From an uncultured Acidobacteriota bacterium (lineage in GTDB: Bacteria > Acidobacteriota > Vicinamibacteria > Vicinamibacterales > 2-12-FULL-66-21): a DNA stretch of 64,000 nt. Shown in pieces: positions 10,352-19,670 of the stretch. The translations under genes and the position numbers were made by a program. The number at the start of each line of letters is the position of its first letter. Position 1 is the stretch's first letter. The notes below the pieces were generated by a model, which worked only from the letters and a program-made list of their open reading frames with translations, was not told the DNA's origin and made no database searches. The stretch lies in contig CAVYZR010000006.1 of the NCBI GenBank assembly GCA_963773005.1, forward strand, positions 588,805 to 652,804, given 5' to 3'.

Positions 10352-11439
10352 TGTCCTGATTCCGCTGCAGGCGGTGTTCCACTGGGTGTCAGGATCGGCG
10401 CCTCGGATCTCGTGAACGCGGTCAGCAGACTGCCGGCGGTCACGAGGATAATCGGCCCGAGCACGAGACCGATGAAGCCGAATGCCGACGCGCCGCCAAG
10501 CAGGCCGAGAAAGACGACCAGGCCGCTGGCCGACGTTCGGCCGCTCAGAATGAGCGGCCGCAGCACGTTGTCGACCATACCGACGCCGAGCGCGGCAACG
10601 ACCGCGAGGATCACGCCGCGCGCGACCTCGCCCGAGAGAAACAGCCACAGCGCCGCAGGAACGAACACCAGCGCCGAACCGACCACCGGCACGAGCGAAC
10701 AGAACGCGGTCGCGACGCCCCACATGACGGGCCCATTGAAACCCAGCGCCCAGAAGGTGACGCCGGCGACGAGCCCCTGCACCGCCGCGACCGCCAGCCC
10801 GGCGCCAACGCTGGCGATGACGAGATCCCGCGTCTCCGTCATCAGGCGTTCGCGGGCGCGCTCCGGAAGCGGCAGCAGATCGCGGATCTGGCGTCCGAGA
10901 ATATGGCCGTCGCGTAACAGAAAGAACAACGAGAACAGCATCACGAACAGGCTGCCGAGCGTCGCAAACGCATCGGCGACGACGCCGCCGGCCGCCGGCG
11001 CGAGAAATGCGAGGACACGCTCCACGCCTTCGCGCAAGAGAGCGGTGGGGTCCTCGGGCAGCGGCATCGGCACTCGCGACCGCACGACTTGCCAGATCCG
11101 CTCGATCTGGTCTGGCGCGGAAAGCGACGCCTGCTGTACGTAAGCGATGCCTTGCGGCACCTCGCGGGCCAGCACCGACACGAGGAGCACCGCGGGCGCC
11201 ACGATCAGCACCGCTGTCATCAGCGTCGTCACGAGCGCCGACCGGTTCGGGCCAATCCGCGAGGAGAGCTCGGAGTGGACGCCCTGGAACATCATGGCGA
11301 ACACCGACGCCCACGCCAGCGGCGCGAGGAATGGGCTGAGCACCTGATAGACGAGGTAACCCATCACGATCAGCAGGATGTAGAAAAGCAGCTGCGAAAA
11401 GCGGTCTTTGGCAGTGTCGGGCATGCGGCGATGCCGCAT
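10348..11439 (-). CDS. AI-2E family transporter (PerM/UPF0118-like permease)
   Basis: Multi-TM protein with FFLLRDG...VGAGLAVAAVQGLV...VPVVGSALVFVPAALWL typical of the family. Start taken at MRHRRMPDTAKD (11439); the track start is 11559. Confidence 0.75.
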   Translation of the reverse strand: MRHRRMPDTAKDRFSQLLFYILLIVMGYLVYQVLSPFLAPLAWASVFAMMFQGVHSELSSRIGPNRSALVTTLMTAVLIVAPAVLLVSVLAREVPQGIAYVQQASLSAPDQIERIWQVVRSRVPMPLPEDPTALLREGVERVLAFLAPAAGGVVADAFATLGSLFVMLFSLFFLLRDGHILGRQIRDLLPLPERARERLMTETRDLVIASVGAGLAVAAVQGLVAGVTFWALGFNGPVMWGVATAFCSLVPVVGSALVFVPAALWLFLSGEVARGVILAVVAALGVGMVDNVLRPLILSGRTSASGLVVFLGLLGGASAFGFIGLVLGPIILVTAGSLLTAFTRSEAPILTPSGTPPAAESGQ

Positions 11440-11512
11440 TGTACGCTCATTCGCCGACTTGACCTGGAAATCGAGCGTTAATGGACTCTCGCCCCGCCGC
11501 CGTGTCACGCTT

Positions 11513-13006
11513 ATGACGGGGAGCGCGGACTCGAACGCAAGAACCGTGGGCGAAAACACCGAGACTTACCGGCGCCTCGTCGAGCTGTCGCCAGACGGCC
11601 TTCTCATCAGCCAGGGCGGCTTCGTGGTGTTCGCCAACCCGGCGGCGGTGCGACTGTGCGGCGCGGCGCAGGACGATATCCTCGGCCGGGCAGTGTTCGA
11701 TCTCTTCGTTCCAGGCACCGAGCTATGGCGCGAACACCTCGGGTGTGTGATGGACGGCCGGACCGTTGCGCCGTTCGAGCATCAAATCGTCCAACTCGGC
11801 GGTGCGGTCATTGACGTCGAGGTTGCCCTCACGCGGCTGGACGAACCTGGCGCGCCGCCGGCGATCGTCTGGACCCTGCACGAAATCTCGGAACGCAAAC
11901 GTGCGTACGCGGCGCTGCGCGAAAGCGAAGAGCGCCTGACGCTCGCGTTCGCGGGCGCCCAGGAGGGCGTCTGGGACTGGAACCTCGTCACTGGCGACGT
12001 TGTCTACTCGGCGCGCTGGAAACAGATGCTCGGCTACGCCGATCAGGAGATCGAGCCGCATGTCAGCGCGTGGGAACGCCTGCTGCACCCGGAGGACATG
12101 GCTCGGGCGCAGGAAGTCAACGAGAGCGTCGCACGTGGTGCAAGCGCATATGAGGGCGAGTTCCGGCTCCGCCACAAGGACGGCCACTACGTCCAGGTGC
12201 TCTCGCGCGGCTACCCGGTCCGCCGCGAGCCCGGCGGCCCGGTCGTGCGTATCGTCGGCACCCACTTCGACCTGACGGAACGCAGGCAGGCCGAAGCCGA
12301 GCGTGCCCGCACCGAGCTCCTGTCACGGCTGGTCTTCGCGCAAGAGGACGAGCGCCGCCGGATCGCGCGCGAGATGCACGACCAGTTCGGCGAGCAGCTG
12401 ACAGCGCTCAACCGCGGCATCGCCGCGCTCAAAGAGGCGTGCGGGGAATCACCAGAGCTTGCCGGCCACGTTCAGACGCTCGAGAAAACCGCCCGTCAGA
12501 TCGACCGCGACGTCGATCAGCTCGTCTGGCAGTTGCGCCCGACGGCACTCGACGACCTCGGCCTGCGCGCCGCGCTCGCCAACTATGTGCAGGACTGGTC
12601 GAGGCGCGTCAACATTCCGGCGGAGCTCCACACGTCGGGGCTGCTCGACGAGCGCCTGTCTTCGGACGCCGAGACCACGCTCTACCGAATCGCCCAAGAG
12701 GCGCTGACGAACGTTGCGAAGCACTCGCGCGCCAACCGCGTCGAAGTCATCCTCGAGCGGCAGGCCGACTCCGTGGTGCTCATCGTCGAAGACGATGGCG
12801 TCGGGTTCGACGCGAGCGGCGACCGCCATGGCGAGGATGAGGACCCATCCGGAGATGGATTCGGCTTGCTCGGAATGGAGGAGCGCGCGTCCCTGGTCGG
12901 GGCGACGCTCCAGATCGAATCGACTGCGGGGAAAGGGACTACGATCTTCCTGCGGATGGCCGTCCCCGGCGCCTCTGCGCCCCAACCAAAAGCTGACGAT
13001 GAATGA
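11513..13006 (+). CDS. cytoplasmic PAS-domain sensor histidine kinase (HisKA_3 type)
   Basis: Two PAS-like segments. H-box RRRIAREMHDQFGEQLTAL. HATPase region EALTNVAKHS...DDGVGFD...GFGLLGMEERA. No TM segment was seen. Start taken at ATG 11513 (track start 11408). Confidence 0.85.
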   Translation: MTGSADSNARTVGENTETYRRLVELSPDGLLISQGGFVVFANPAAVRLCGAAQDDILGRAVFDLFVPGTELWREHLGCVMDGRTVAPFEHQIVQLGGAVIDVEVALTRLDEPGAPPAIVWTLHEISERKRAYAALRESEERLTLAFAGAQEGVWDWNLVTGDVVYSARWKQMLGYADQEIEPHVSAWERLLHPEDMARAQEVNESVARGASAYEGEFRLRHKDGHYVQVLSRGYPVRREPGGPVVRIVGTHFDLTERRQAEAERARTELLSRLVFAQEDERRRIAREMHDQFGEQLTALNRGIAALKEACGESPELAGHVQTLEKTARQIDRDVDQLVWQLRPTALDDLGLRAALANYVQDWSRRVNIPAELHTSGLLDERLSSDAETTLYRIAQEALTNVAKHSRANRVEVILERQADSVVLIVEDDGVGFDASGDRHGEDEDPSGDGFGLLGMEERASLVGATLQIESTAGKGTTIFLRMAVPGASAPQPKADDE

Positions 13007-13661
13007 ACTGACGACGACCCTGCGCGTGCTCCTGGCCGACGACCACGTGACGGTGCGGCACGGGCTGAGGCTGCTTATCGACGGGCAGCCCGATATGAAA
13101 GTCATTGCCGAAGCCAGCGATGGCACGACAGCCATCCAGCGCGCGCTCGATCTGAAACCCGACGTGGTCGTGATGGACATCTCGATGCCGGGTATGAACG
13201 GCCTCGTCGCGACGCGCACGCTCAAGCAGGCCCGGCCCCACCTGGCGGTGATCACGCTGACGCGGCATGGCGACGACGCTTACCTTCAGGAGCTGCTCAG
13301 GGCAGGTGTCTCTGGTTACGTCCTGAAGCAGAGCGCTCCGAGCGAGCTGCTGCAGGCGATCCGAGTCGCCGGCGCCGGTGGCCAGTATCTGGACTCGACG
13401 CTCACCGCGAAGGTGACCGCTGGCTTTCTCGGCCGCGAGAGGCGGGTCGGCCGAACCGGCGCTCAGATCACGGAGCGCGAATCAGAGGTATTGCGGCTCA
13501 TCGCTTCCGGGTACAGCAACAAGGAGATCGCCGCCAGGCTCGACCTCAGTGTAAAGACCGTCGAGGCGCACAAGGCCAATGCGATGCGCAAACTGGGCCT
13601 GACCGGCCGGATAGACATTGTCAAGTACGCCATCCTCCAGGGGTGGATGGATAATGCCTGA
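12999..13661 (+). CDS. NarL/LuxR-family response regulator
   Basis: MNELTTTLRVLLADDHVTVRHGL receiver domain, DVVVMDISMPGMNG, and a C-terminal LuxR HTH (TERESEVLRLIASGYSNKEIAARLDLSVKTVEAH). The ATG overlaps the kinase gene's 3' end by 8 nt. Confidence 0.9.
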   Translation: MNELTTTLRVLLADDHVTVRHGLRLLIDGQPDMKVIAEASDGTTAIQRALDLKPDVVVMDISMPGMNGLVATRTLKQARPHLAVITLTRHGDDAYLQELLRAGVSGYVLKQSAPSELLQAIRVAGAGGQYLDSTLTAKVTAGFLGRERRVGRTGAQITERESEVLRLIASGYSNKEIAARLDLSVKTVEAHKANAMRKLGLTGRIDIVKYAILQGWMDNA

Positions 13662-13666
13662 ATTCA

Positions 13667-13811
13667 GTTGGTTCAGGGTTCAAGGTTCAGGGTTCAAGGT
13701 TCAGGGTTCAAGGTTCGGGGTTCAAGGTTCGGGGTTTCGGGGTTCGGGAACGTGGAACCCGCGCCATGGACAATTTTGAACATTGAACTCTGGACCTTGA
13801 ACCATGAACCG
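13667..13811. repeat. GGTTCAR heptamer-armed imperfect hairpin
   Basis: About 11 tandem GGTTCAG/GGTTCAA/GGTTCGG units at 13667-13750. A partially complementary arm (GAACATTGAACTCTGGACCTTGAACCATGAACC) follows, ending at 13811. Confidence 0.75.
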
Positions 13812-13942
13812 CCTGTCTTAGGGATCTTCCCTACTCCAAACCGGCGCCTTCCCGATTGGACTGCCGCTTCAGGCGTCGTAGAGTCGCGCCGTGCGCTGGC
13901 CTGAATACCTAGGATCAGCGTTCGAACGAGGAGGAGGGCCCC

Positions 13943-14413
13943 ATGGAGAACCCGGCACAGGTCTTCGGAGGAACACCGCAGGCAGGAGGGCCGATCCCGC
14001 CCTCGTCGACGCTGCCCGATCACTGGCGGATGGCGCGCGCCGCGCATGTCGATCTGCTGCTGATGGGGATGCCGCGGGTCAATCTCCTTCTGATCGCGCC
14101 CGAGGGTGTCGTGCGGTTCGTGCTCGAATCGCTGTTGCTCGATCTGCACGAACCGATCGTGCGCTGGCGCCCCAGCGAACCGCTGACGCTGCCACGGGTT
14201 GACGAGGGCGGTACCCTCATGCTCCAGGACGTGGGGGCGATGACCACCGACGATCAGCTGCGGCTGCTCGACTGGCTCGAGCGAGCCGAGGGTCGAACAC
14301 AGGTCGTCAGCACGTCATCGGGCCCGGTACTGCCGCGGGTTCATTCCGGCGGTTTCATCGACACGCTCTACTACCGTCTCAATACTGTCTGCGTTGATGT
14401 GACGCCCTCCTGA
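13943..14413 (+). CDS. short sigma-54-interaction-domain-like protein lacking a Walker A motif
   Basis: GGTLMLQDVGAMTTDDQLRLLDWLE and FIDTLYYRLNTVCVDV align by eye with the GGTLFLDEIG...Q.KLLRVL and FREDLYYRLN motifs of enhancer-binding proteins. APEGVVRF replaces the GESGTGKE P-loop. Confidence 0.6.
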   Translation: MENPAQVFGGTPQAGGPIPPSSTLPDHWRMARAAHVDLLLMGMPRVNLLLIAPEGVVRFVLESLLLDLHEPIVRWRPSEPLTLPRVDEGGTLMLQDVGAMTTDDQLRLLDWLERAEGRTQVVSTSSGPVLPRVHSGGFIDTLYYRLNTVCVDVTPS

Positions 14414-14605
14414 TCGACGCCGACGCCGTTCGGATCGGTGCGCCGGTACGTCCGCCACTGATTCCTCCTGTCCGCCATCAGCCAGGTACGCACGCCCTCG
14501 TCCTCACAGCCGACGACCGCTGAATCGCTGTGGAAACTCCCACGCGGCGCGCTGCTTGCAGGCATTTTCTCGGCAGAAGACGTGGCGGGCGAAGGATGGC
14601 CGCGA

Positions 14606-15307
14606 ATGGACGTGCTGGTGGTTGATATCGGTGGCTCGCAGGTCAAGATGCGGACCAGCGGAGTTGTCGAATCGCGGACGTTCGATTCGAGCCAGGACCT
14701 GACGCCCCATTCGCTCGTGGCGCGTGTGCGCGAGTCGACAATAGGTTGGACATACGACGTGATCTCAATTGGCTACCCGGGTGCCGTCGACGCGCGCGGA
14801 CCGCGGGCGGAGCCAGGCAATCTCGGCAACGGGTGGGTCCGCTTCGACTTCTCGAAGGCGTTCGACAGGCCGGTTCGCGTGATGAACGACGCTGCGATGC
14901 AGGCACTTGGGGGATACGACGGCGGACGTATGCTCTTCATCGGCCTCGGCACCGGCGTGGGATCGGCGCTGGTGACCGAGCATGTCGTTGTACCTCTGGA
15001 GCTCGGCTGCCTTCCCTACGGCCCTGACGAAACGTTCTTCGATCGGCTTGGCGCAGCGGCAATCGAGACTGTTGGCGAACCGGCGTGGCTGGCGGCTGTT
15101 ACAGAGGTCGCCGGCATGCTCCGGGAATCATTTCTGGCGGATTACATTCTTCTGGGCGGTGGGAACGCGAAGCGAGTACGACCGCTACCTGCGCACACGC
15201 GGTGTGGAGGAAATGAAGACGCTTTCATTGGCGGCTTCCGCCTCTGGGAAGAGATAGTGGAGCCGCACGATCAGCGGTCGGCGTCTGTCTGGCGAGTCGT
15301 CCGGTGA
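14606..15307 (+). CDS. ROK-family / polyphosphate-glucokinase-like sugar kinase
   Basis: MDVLVVDIGGSQVK ATPase N-terminal motif, MNDAAMQALGG, GLGTGVGSALV. Track start is 14582. Confidence 0.65.
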   Translation: MDVLVVDIGGSQVKMRTSGVVESRTFDSSQDLTPHSLVARVRESTIGWTYDVISIGYPGAVDARGPRAEPGNLGNGWVRFDFSKAFDRPVRVMNDAAMQALGGYDGGRMLFIGLGTGVGSALVTEHVVVPLELGCLPYGPDETFFDRLGAAAIETVGEPAWLAAVTEVAGMLRESFLADYILLGGGNAKRVRPLPAHTRCGGNEDAFIGGFRLWEEIVEPHDQRSASVWRVVR

Positions 15308-15316
15308 GGAAATCGG

Positions 15317-16003
15317 ATGAGATACCTGGCACTGGCAACGGACTATGACGAAACCATCGCCTTTGACGGCCGCGTCGACGAACCGACAGTAGAGGCGCTG
15401 CGGCGGGCGAAGGCGGCTGGATTGCGTCTGGTACTCGTGACGGGGCGCGAACTCACGGACCTCTTCAATACGTTCGAGCACCCCGGTCTCTTCGGGCGAA
15501 TCGTGGCCGAGAACGGCGCCGTGATTTACGACCCGGCGACTCAGTCGGTCGAATTAATTTCTTCTGCGCCCCCGCCTGCGTTCGTCGAGACACTGGAGCG
15601 TCAGTTCGTACCACTCTCGGTGGGCCACACCATTGTGGCGACCGTTGAACCATACGAACACCAGGTCCTGGCAGCGATCCACGACTTGGGTCTCGAGTGG
15701 CACGTGATTTTCAACAAGGGCTCGGTGATGGCGTTGCCGTCGGATGTGACTAAGGCCACCGGTCTGGCGCCTGCACTGGCCGCCCTTGAGGTGCCGCTCG
15801 ACCGAACCGTCGGCGTCGGCGATGCCGAAAACGATCAGGCGTTCCTGCGCATGTGCGGACTCGCGGTGGCGGTCGACAATGCGCTGCCGGCAGTCAAAGC
15901 AATCGCGGATGTCGTAACCACAGAGGCGAGGGGTGCCGGTGTGCGTGAGCTCATCGCCGGGCTGCTCGCCGGGAAGTTCGATACCGTCGTCAGCAGGAAT
16001 TGA
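15317..16003 (+). CDS. HAD-superfamily hydrolase (Cof/IIB-like)
   Basis: LALATDYDETIA (DxD-type motif I), VLVTGR, GVGDAENDQAFL (motif IV). Confidence 0.75.
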   Translation: MRYLALATDYDETIAFDGRVDEPTVEALRRAKAAGLRLVLVTGRELTDLFNTFEHPGLFGRIVAENGAVIYDPATQSVELISSAPPPAFVETLERQFVPLSVGHTIVATVEPYEHQVLAAIHDLGLEWHVIFNKGSVMALPSDVTKATGLAPALAALEVPLDRTVGVGDAENDQAFLRMCGLAVAVDNALPAVKAIADVVTTEARGAGVRELIAGLLAGKFDTVVSRN

Positions 16004-16037
16004 CCAGCGACCGTGTGAGAACGCTCAGAACGGGCGA

Positions 16038-16307
16038 TCAGCGCGCGAACCGCTCCGCGGCGCGGGCCTTGGCTCGCGCCGCCCACTCCTCGCGATCGCG
16101 CGGCGCCGCCGCAGTCACCAGCGAGTCAATCAACCGCCGCGCGACAGCCGCGACCTCGTCAATCGCCTGGTCGAAGACCGCTTCGTTGGCCTGCGACGGC
16201 TTGGTGAAGCCCGACAGTTTGCGAACGAACTGCACCGATGCCGCCCGGATTTCCTCGTCGGTCGCCGGAGGATCGAAATTGAACAACGTGCGAATGTTTC
16301 GGCACAT
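16038..16307 (-). CDS. DUF2277 domain protein
   Basis: MCRNIRTLFNFDPPATDEEIRAASVQFVRKLSG matches my memory of the DUF2277 N-terminus. Confidence 0.7.
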   Translation of the reverse strand: MCRNIRTLFNFDPPATDEEIRAASVQFVRKLSGFTKPSQANEAVFDQAIDEVAAVARRLIDSLVTAAAPRDREEWAARAKARAAERFAR

Positions 16308-16312
16308 GGATT

Positions 16313-16394
16313 CCTGCTTCCAGCTCCCCGCTTCCAGCTTCCAGTTCCCAATGACGGCTTTTCATCGAGCTGGAAGCTGGCAGCTGGAAGCCGG
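16313..16394. repeat. CAGCTKC-type heptamer-armed hairpin
   Basis: Left arm CTTCCAGCTCCCCGCTTCCAGCTTCCAGTTCC, short loop, right arm AGCTGGAAGCTGGCAGCTGGAAGCCGGA. It fills the spacer 16308-16400. Confidence 0.75.
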
Positions 16395-16400
16395 ACGCTC

Positions 16401-16721
16401 CTAGATGAGTGGCTTCAACTCCCACTCGGGATCTTCGGCGAGCGCGCCGTACTCTTCCGCGGTAATCGAACGCTCGGCATACTGGCAGGAGAGCACGAAG
16501 AGCTCGCGGCTCTCGTGCCAATCCGCCCGCACGACCCTGGCGGGCAGCTTCCGGCCCGAGCGTGTCGTCAATTCGAGCGTTTCGTCGGGCTTCGGAATCG
16601 ACGGCACCTGAATCATCTTCCTGAACCGCACGTTCGCGTGGTCGATCGGATAGCCGTTCTCATCGAGGGCGCGCACCTTCATGTTCGGCACCCGCAAGCT
16701 GACTTCAACTTCCCTGGACAT
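16401..16721 (-). CDS. hypothetical protein
   Basis: 106-aa ORF with GC-rich third positions and sensible composition. No family recognised. Confidence 0.5.
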   Translation of the reverse strand: MSREVEVSLRVPNMKVRALDENGYPIDHANVRFRKMIQVPSIPKPDETLELTTRSGRKLPARVVRADWHESRELFVLSCQYAERSITAEEYGALAEDPEWELKPLI

Positions 16722-16751
16722 AGTGAAAATGTCTCGATTCTCTAATCTTAC

Positions 16752-16868
16752 CCGGGGGCTTCGCCCCCCGGAGCCCCCCTACTGGCTCGCTCGCGGGAAC
16801 CCCGCGCCCCACTCCGCTCGCCAGGCTCTCTCGCTACCGCTCGTTCGCGTTCTTTGTGAGATAGCTTC
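16752..16868 (+). repeat. R1 element copy 2 (diverged)
   Basis: CCGGGGGCTTCGCCCCCCGG hairpin followed by AGCCCCCCTACTGGCTCGCTCGCGGGAACCCCGCGCCCCACTCCGCTCGCCAGGCTCTCTCGCTACCGCTCGTTCGCG...GTGAGATAGCTTC. Collinear with copies 1 and 4. Confidence 0.75.
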
Positions 16869-16903
16869 GCGCGGCCGGGACAGTGGCCACATCATTATCA
16901 GAT

Positions 16904-18886
16904 CTACCGTAGACTGGCGGCCCGGCCCTTGAGCGTACTGGCGAGTGAGCGCAGACGTATCGCGTCGCGGCCGGTCGCCTTGGCGGCATCGCCTTCGAGG
17001 CCTTTCGCGAGCGCGTCGAGCTCGTCCAGCACTGCCGCGGCGCCATTGTCGCGCCCCGAGTGGAGCCGGTCAACGCGTTCGAGGGCAGCCGTAATGGCGC
17101 TCGCACGTTCCGGCTGGATGCCCTTGCTTCGCGTCAACTGGTCGATATACGCGCGTGCAACGACGGAACTCGCTGGCCAGACGACCTTCGGCTGCTGCTG
17201 CGGGTTGAACTCGGTCGCGCGGACGAGCATCGCCGCGTCGATCTCGTTCTGCGACAGGTGCTCGCTCGGCGTGAGCCTGAACACGTCAACGCCACGGGCC
17301 ATTTCTGTGCCGTAGATAAACCCGTTGTACCAGTAGGTCGACCAGTAGCCAGCGGTGATCAGGTTGATCGCATCAATCGGACCGCGGTCGAAGAACGCAA
17401 TTTCGACCGGCTTGGCTGAATCGGTGAAATCGAACACCGACACGCCGCCCTGATACCAAGCCTGCACCATGATGTCGCGGCCCGGGATCGGAATCAGCGA
17501 CCCGTTGTGCGCGACGCAGTTCTCCTGCTCGGTTTGCGGCGCCGGCATCTTGTAGTAGCCCCCGAACTCCAGCTTGCGGTCGACGATGTCGAAGACGGCG
17601 TCCGCGCCCCAGTTCGGAAGGTCGGTCGCGCGGCAGCGCGGGCGCGTGCCGCCTCCCCACTCATCGGTGAAGAGTACTTTCGAGCCGTCGTTATTGAACG
17701 TCGCCGAGTGCCAGTACGCGAAGTTCTTGTCCGTGACCTGGTCGAGCCGGACCGGCTTCACGGGATCCGAAATGTCGAGGAGGATGCCGTTTCCTGAGCA
17801 CGCGCCGGCGGCAAGGCCGACCTCAGGAAACACCGTGATGTCGTGGCACTGGTTCGTCACCGACGTTTTCTGCGTGCCCGGTCCGTGGTCGCCACCCGGC
17901 CAGAGGCCGGAGATAGCGCCGGTCGACGAATCGGCAAAGATCCGTGGGCGGCTGACGATACGGGCTTTCTCCGGGTTGGCGATCGGAATCTGGATGACGT
18001 CGATGCTGAAGAGCGCCGTGTTCGGGTCGTCTTTCGGCTCGGCGCCCGAGCAACCGGCGAGCTCGTCGGCGGACCGGACAGTGGCCGTGCCGGATCCATA
18101 GACGTAGAGATTGGCCTTGTCGTTCGGGTTCGCCACGAGGGTATGCGTGTGCGAGCCGCGGCACGTCTGCACCGCGGCGACCTGCTTCGGCTTCTTCACA
18201 TTTGTGATGTCGAAGACTCGGACGCCGCGAAAGCGAGCCGGGCTCACCGCGGCCTCGACGCCCTCGGTTCCGCAATCGATCCGGCCGCGGGTCTGCTCCA
18301 CGGACATGACGAGCAGGTTGCCGTGCACGGACAAATCGCCCTGTCCGCCCGGACAGACGATCGAGGCGAGCAACTTCGGCTTCTTCGGGTTCTCGAGATC
18401 GTAAATGTTGAACCCGTTGAAGTTGCCGATGAACAAGTGTTTGCCGCTGAACGCCAGGTCCGAATTCACGAAGTTCAAGCCGCCTCCGCCTGACGACGGC
18501 TTCGCCCCTGGCTTGGCATCTTTGTTTTCGCTCGGCTTCGCCTCTTTGCTTTCGCTCGGCTTGGCATCCTTGTTTTCACCCGGCTTGGGATCCGGCTTGT
18601 CTTCGGTCTCCGGTCCGGTGGGCTCCCCGGCCGGCTGTTTCGGATCGAAGAAGCCTGCGGGCTTCGGCAGGGTGCTGACCAGTTCGAGGTTGCGCGCGGC
18701 CTGACCGGCATCCTTCAAGCCCGGCTTGAGCCCGACGCGGGGATCGTTCGCGCTTGAGGCGGGTGCCGTCGCGGTAGGCGTCCGCTCCTGTCCACGCGCG
18801 CCGCCCCCAACCCCGCTCACAACCCCGCTCACAACAACGACGAGCGCTCCAACAACGCACAGCAACCGGGCCATCAGCGAACTCAT
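16904..18886 (-). CDS. secreted LVIVD-repeat beta-propeller protein
   Basis: Signal peptide and a low-complexity KP/E linker. The remaining ~550 aa are paralogous to the C-terminal part of 818-3247, with the same Cys/His motifs (VCPGGQGD, QTCRGSHTH, QCHDITVF, ENCVAHNGS). Confidence 0.85.
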   Translation of the reverse strand: MSSLMARLLCVVGALVVVVSGVVSGVGGGARGQERTPTATAPASSANDPRVGLKPGLKDAGQAARNLELVSTLPKPAGFFDPKQPAGEPTGPETEDKPDPKPGENKDAKPSESKEAKPSENKDAKPGAKPSSGGGGLNFVNSDLAFSGKHLFIGNFNGFNIYDLENPKKPKLLASIVCPGGQGDLSVHGNLLVMSVEQTRGRIDCGTEGVEAAVSPARFRGVRVFDITNVKKPKQVAAVQTCRGSHTHTLVANPNDKANLYVYGSGTATVRSADELAGCSGAEPKDDPNTALFSIDVIQIPIANPEKARIVSRPRIFADSSTGAISGLWPGGDHGPGTQKTSVTNQCHDITVFPEVGLAAGACSGNGILLDISDPVKPVRLDQVTDKNFAYWHSATFNNDGSKVLFTDEWGGGTRPRCRATDLPNWGADAVFDIVDRKLEFGGYYKMPAPQTEQENCVAHNGSLIPIPGRDIMVQAWYQGGVSVFDFTDSAKPVEIAFFDRGPIDAINLITAGYWSTYWYNGFIYGTEMARGVDVFRLTPSEHLSQNEIDAAMLVRATEFNPQQQPKVVWPASSVVARAYIDQLTRSKGIQPERASAITAALERVDRLHSGRDNGAAAVLDELDALAKGLEGDAAKATGRDAIRLRSLASTLKGRAASLR

Positions 18887-19551
18887 CTCTTCTCCTGCTC
18901 CTTCGACATGGCGATCATTCCACGCATGCGGTCAATCTCCATGCGCTGGTCGGCGTCGACGTCCGACGTAAAGGCATACATCTCGGATTCCTGTCCTGCT
19001 CCGGCCGTCGCGTACAACTCTTTCACCATCGTCAGGGCGCCCTCGTGGTGCTTGATCATCAGCTCCAGGAACAGCCGATCGAACGCGTCACCCTTGGCGG
19101 CGGCGAGGCGGGCCATTTCCTCGGTGCTGAGCATGCCAGGCATCAATGTAGCGCCGGTCGCACCGGCCGCGTGGTGCGCATGAGGTCCTGGCACCTGCTG
19201 GCCTCGCGCCTCGAGCCAGTGCTGCATCATGCGGATTTCGTCGGCCTGGGACAGGTCGATGCGTTTCGCAAGCAGCCGCATGTCGTCCCGTTGAGTCCGC
19301 TCCGGCACCAGGGCGGCCATCTCGAGCGCCTGCGCGTGGTGTCCGATCATACCTTGCATAAAGCGGACGTCAGCGGCGCTGTACTGGACGCGCGAGAGAT
19401 CCGTGGCTTTCTCGGCCGAAATCACCCGCGTTGCCTGGCCTGGAGCGCCTGGCTGGACGATCACGGGGCGGTCGCCGCCGCGGGGCGTGCGACACGCGCC
19501 GCCGCCTATGGTCACCAGAACGATCAGCAGGCCGCATTCAAAGCGAGACAT
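18883..19551 (-). CDS. DUF305 domain protein (secreted/lipoprotein-like)
   Basis: FMQGMIGHHAQALEMAA and FLELMIKHHEGALTMVK repeat motifs. Its stop overlaps the start of the downstream LVIVD gene (ATGA, 18883-18886). Confidence 0.85.
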   Translation of the reverse strand: MSRFECGLLIVLVTIGGGACRTPRGGDRPVIVQPGAPGQATRVISAEKATDLSRVQYSAADVRFMQGMIGHHAQALEMAALVPERTQRDDMRLLAKRIDLSQADEIRMMQHWLEARGQQVPGPHAHHAAGATGATLMPGMLSTEEMARLAAAKGDAFDRLFLELMIKHHEGALTMVKELYATAGAGQESEMYAFTSDVDADQRMEIDRMRGMIAMSKEQEKR

Positions 19552-19670
19552 CAGGGTCTGACGCTGTCTTACTAGGATACATCCCCAGCCTCGGCCGCCC
19601 CGGTGGCCGGACCGTGAGCCCCCTCCTTACCGCTTCTCGGCTTAACCCGTCAGGTTATCCCGGAGGGGCA

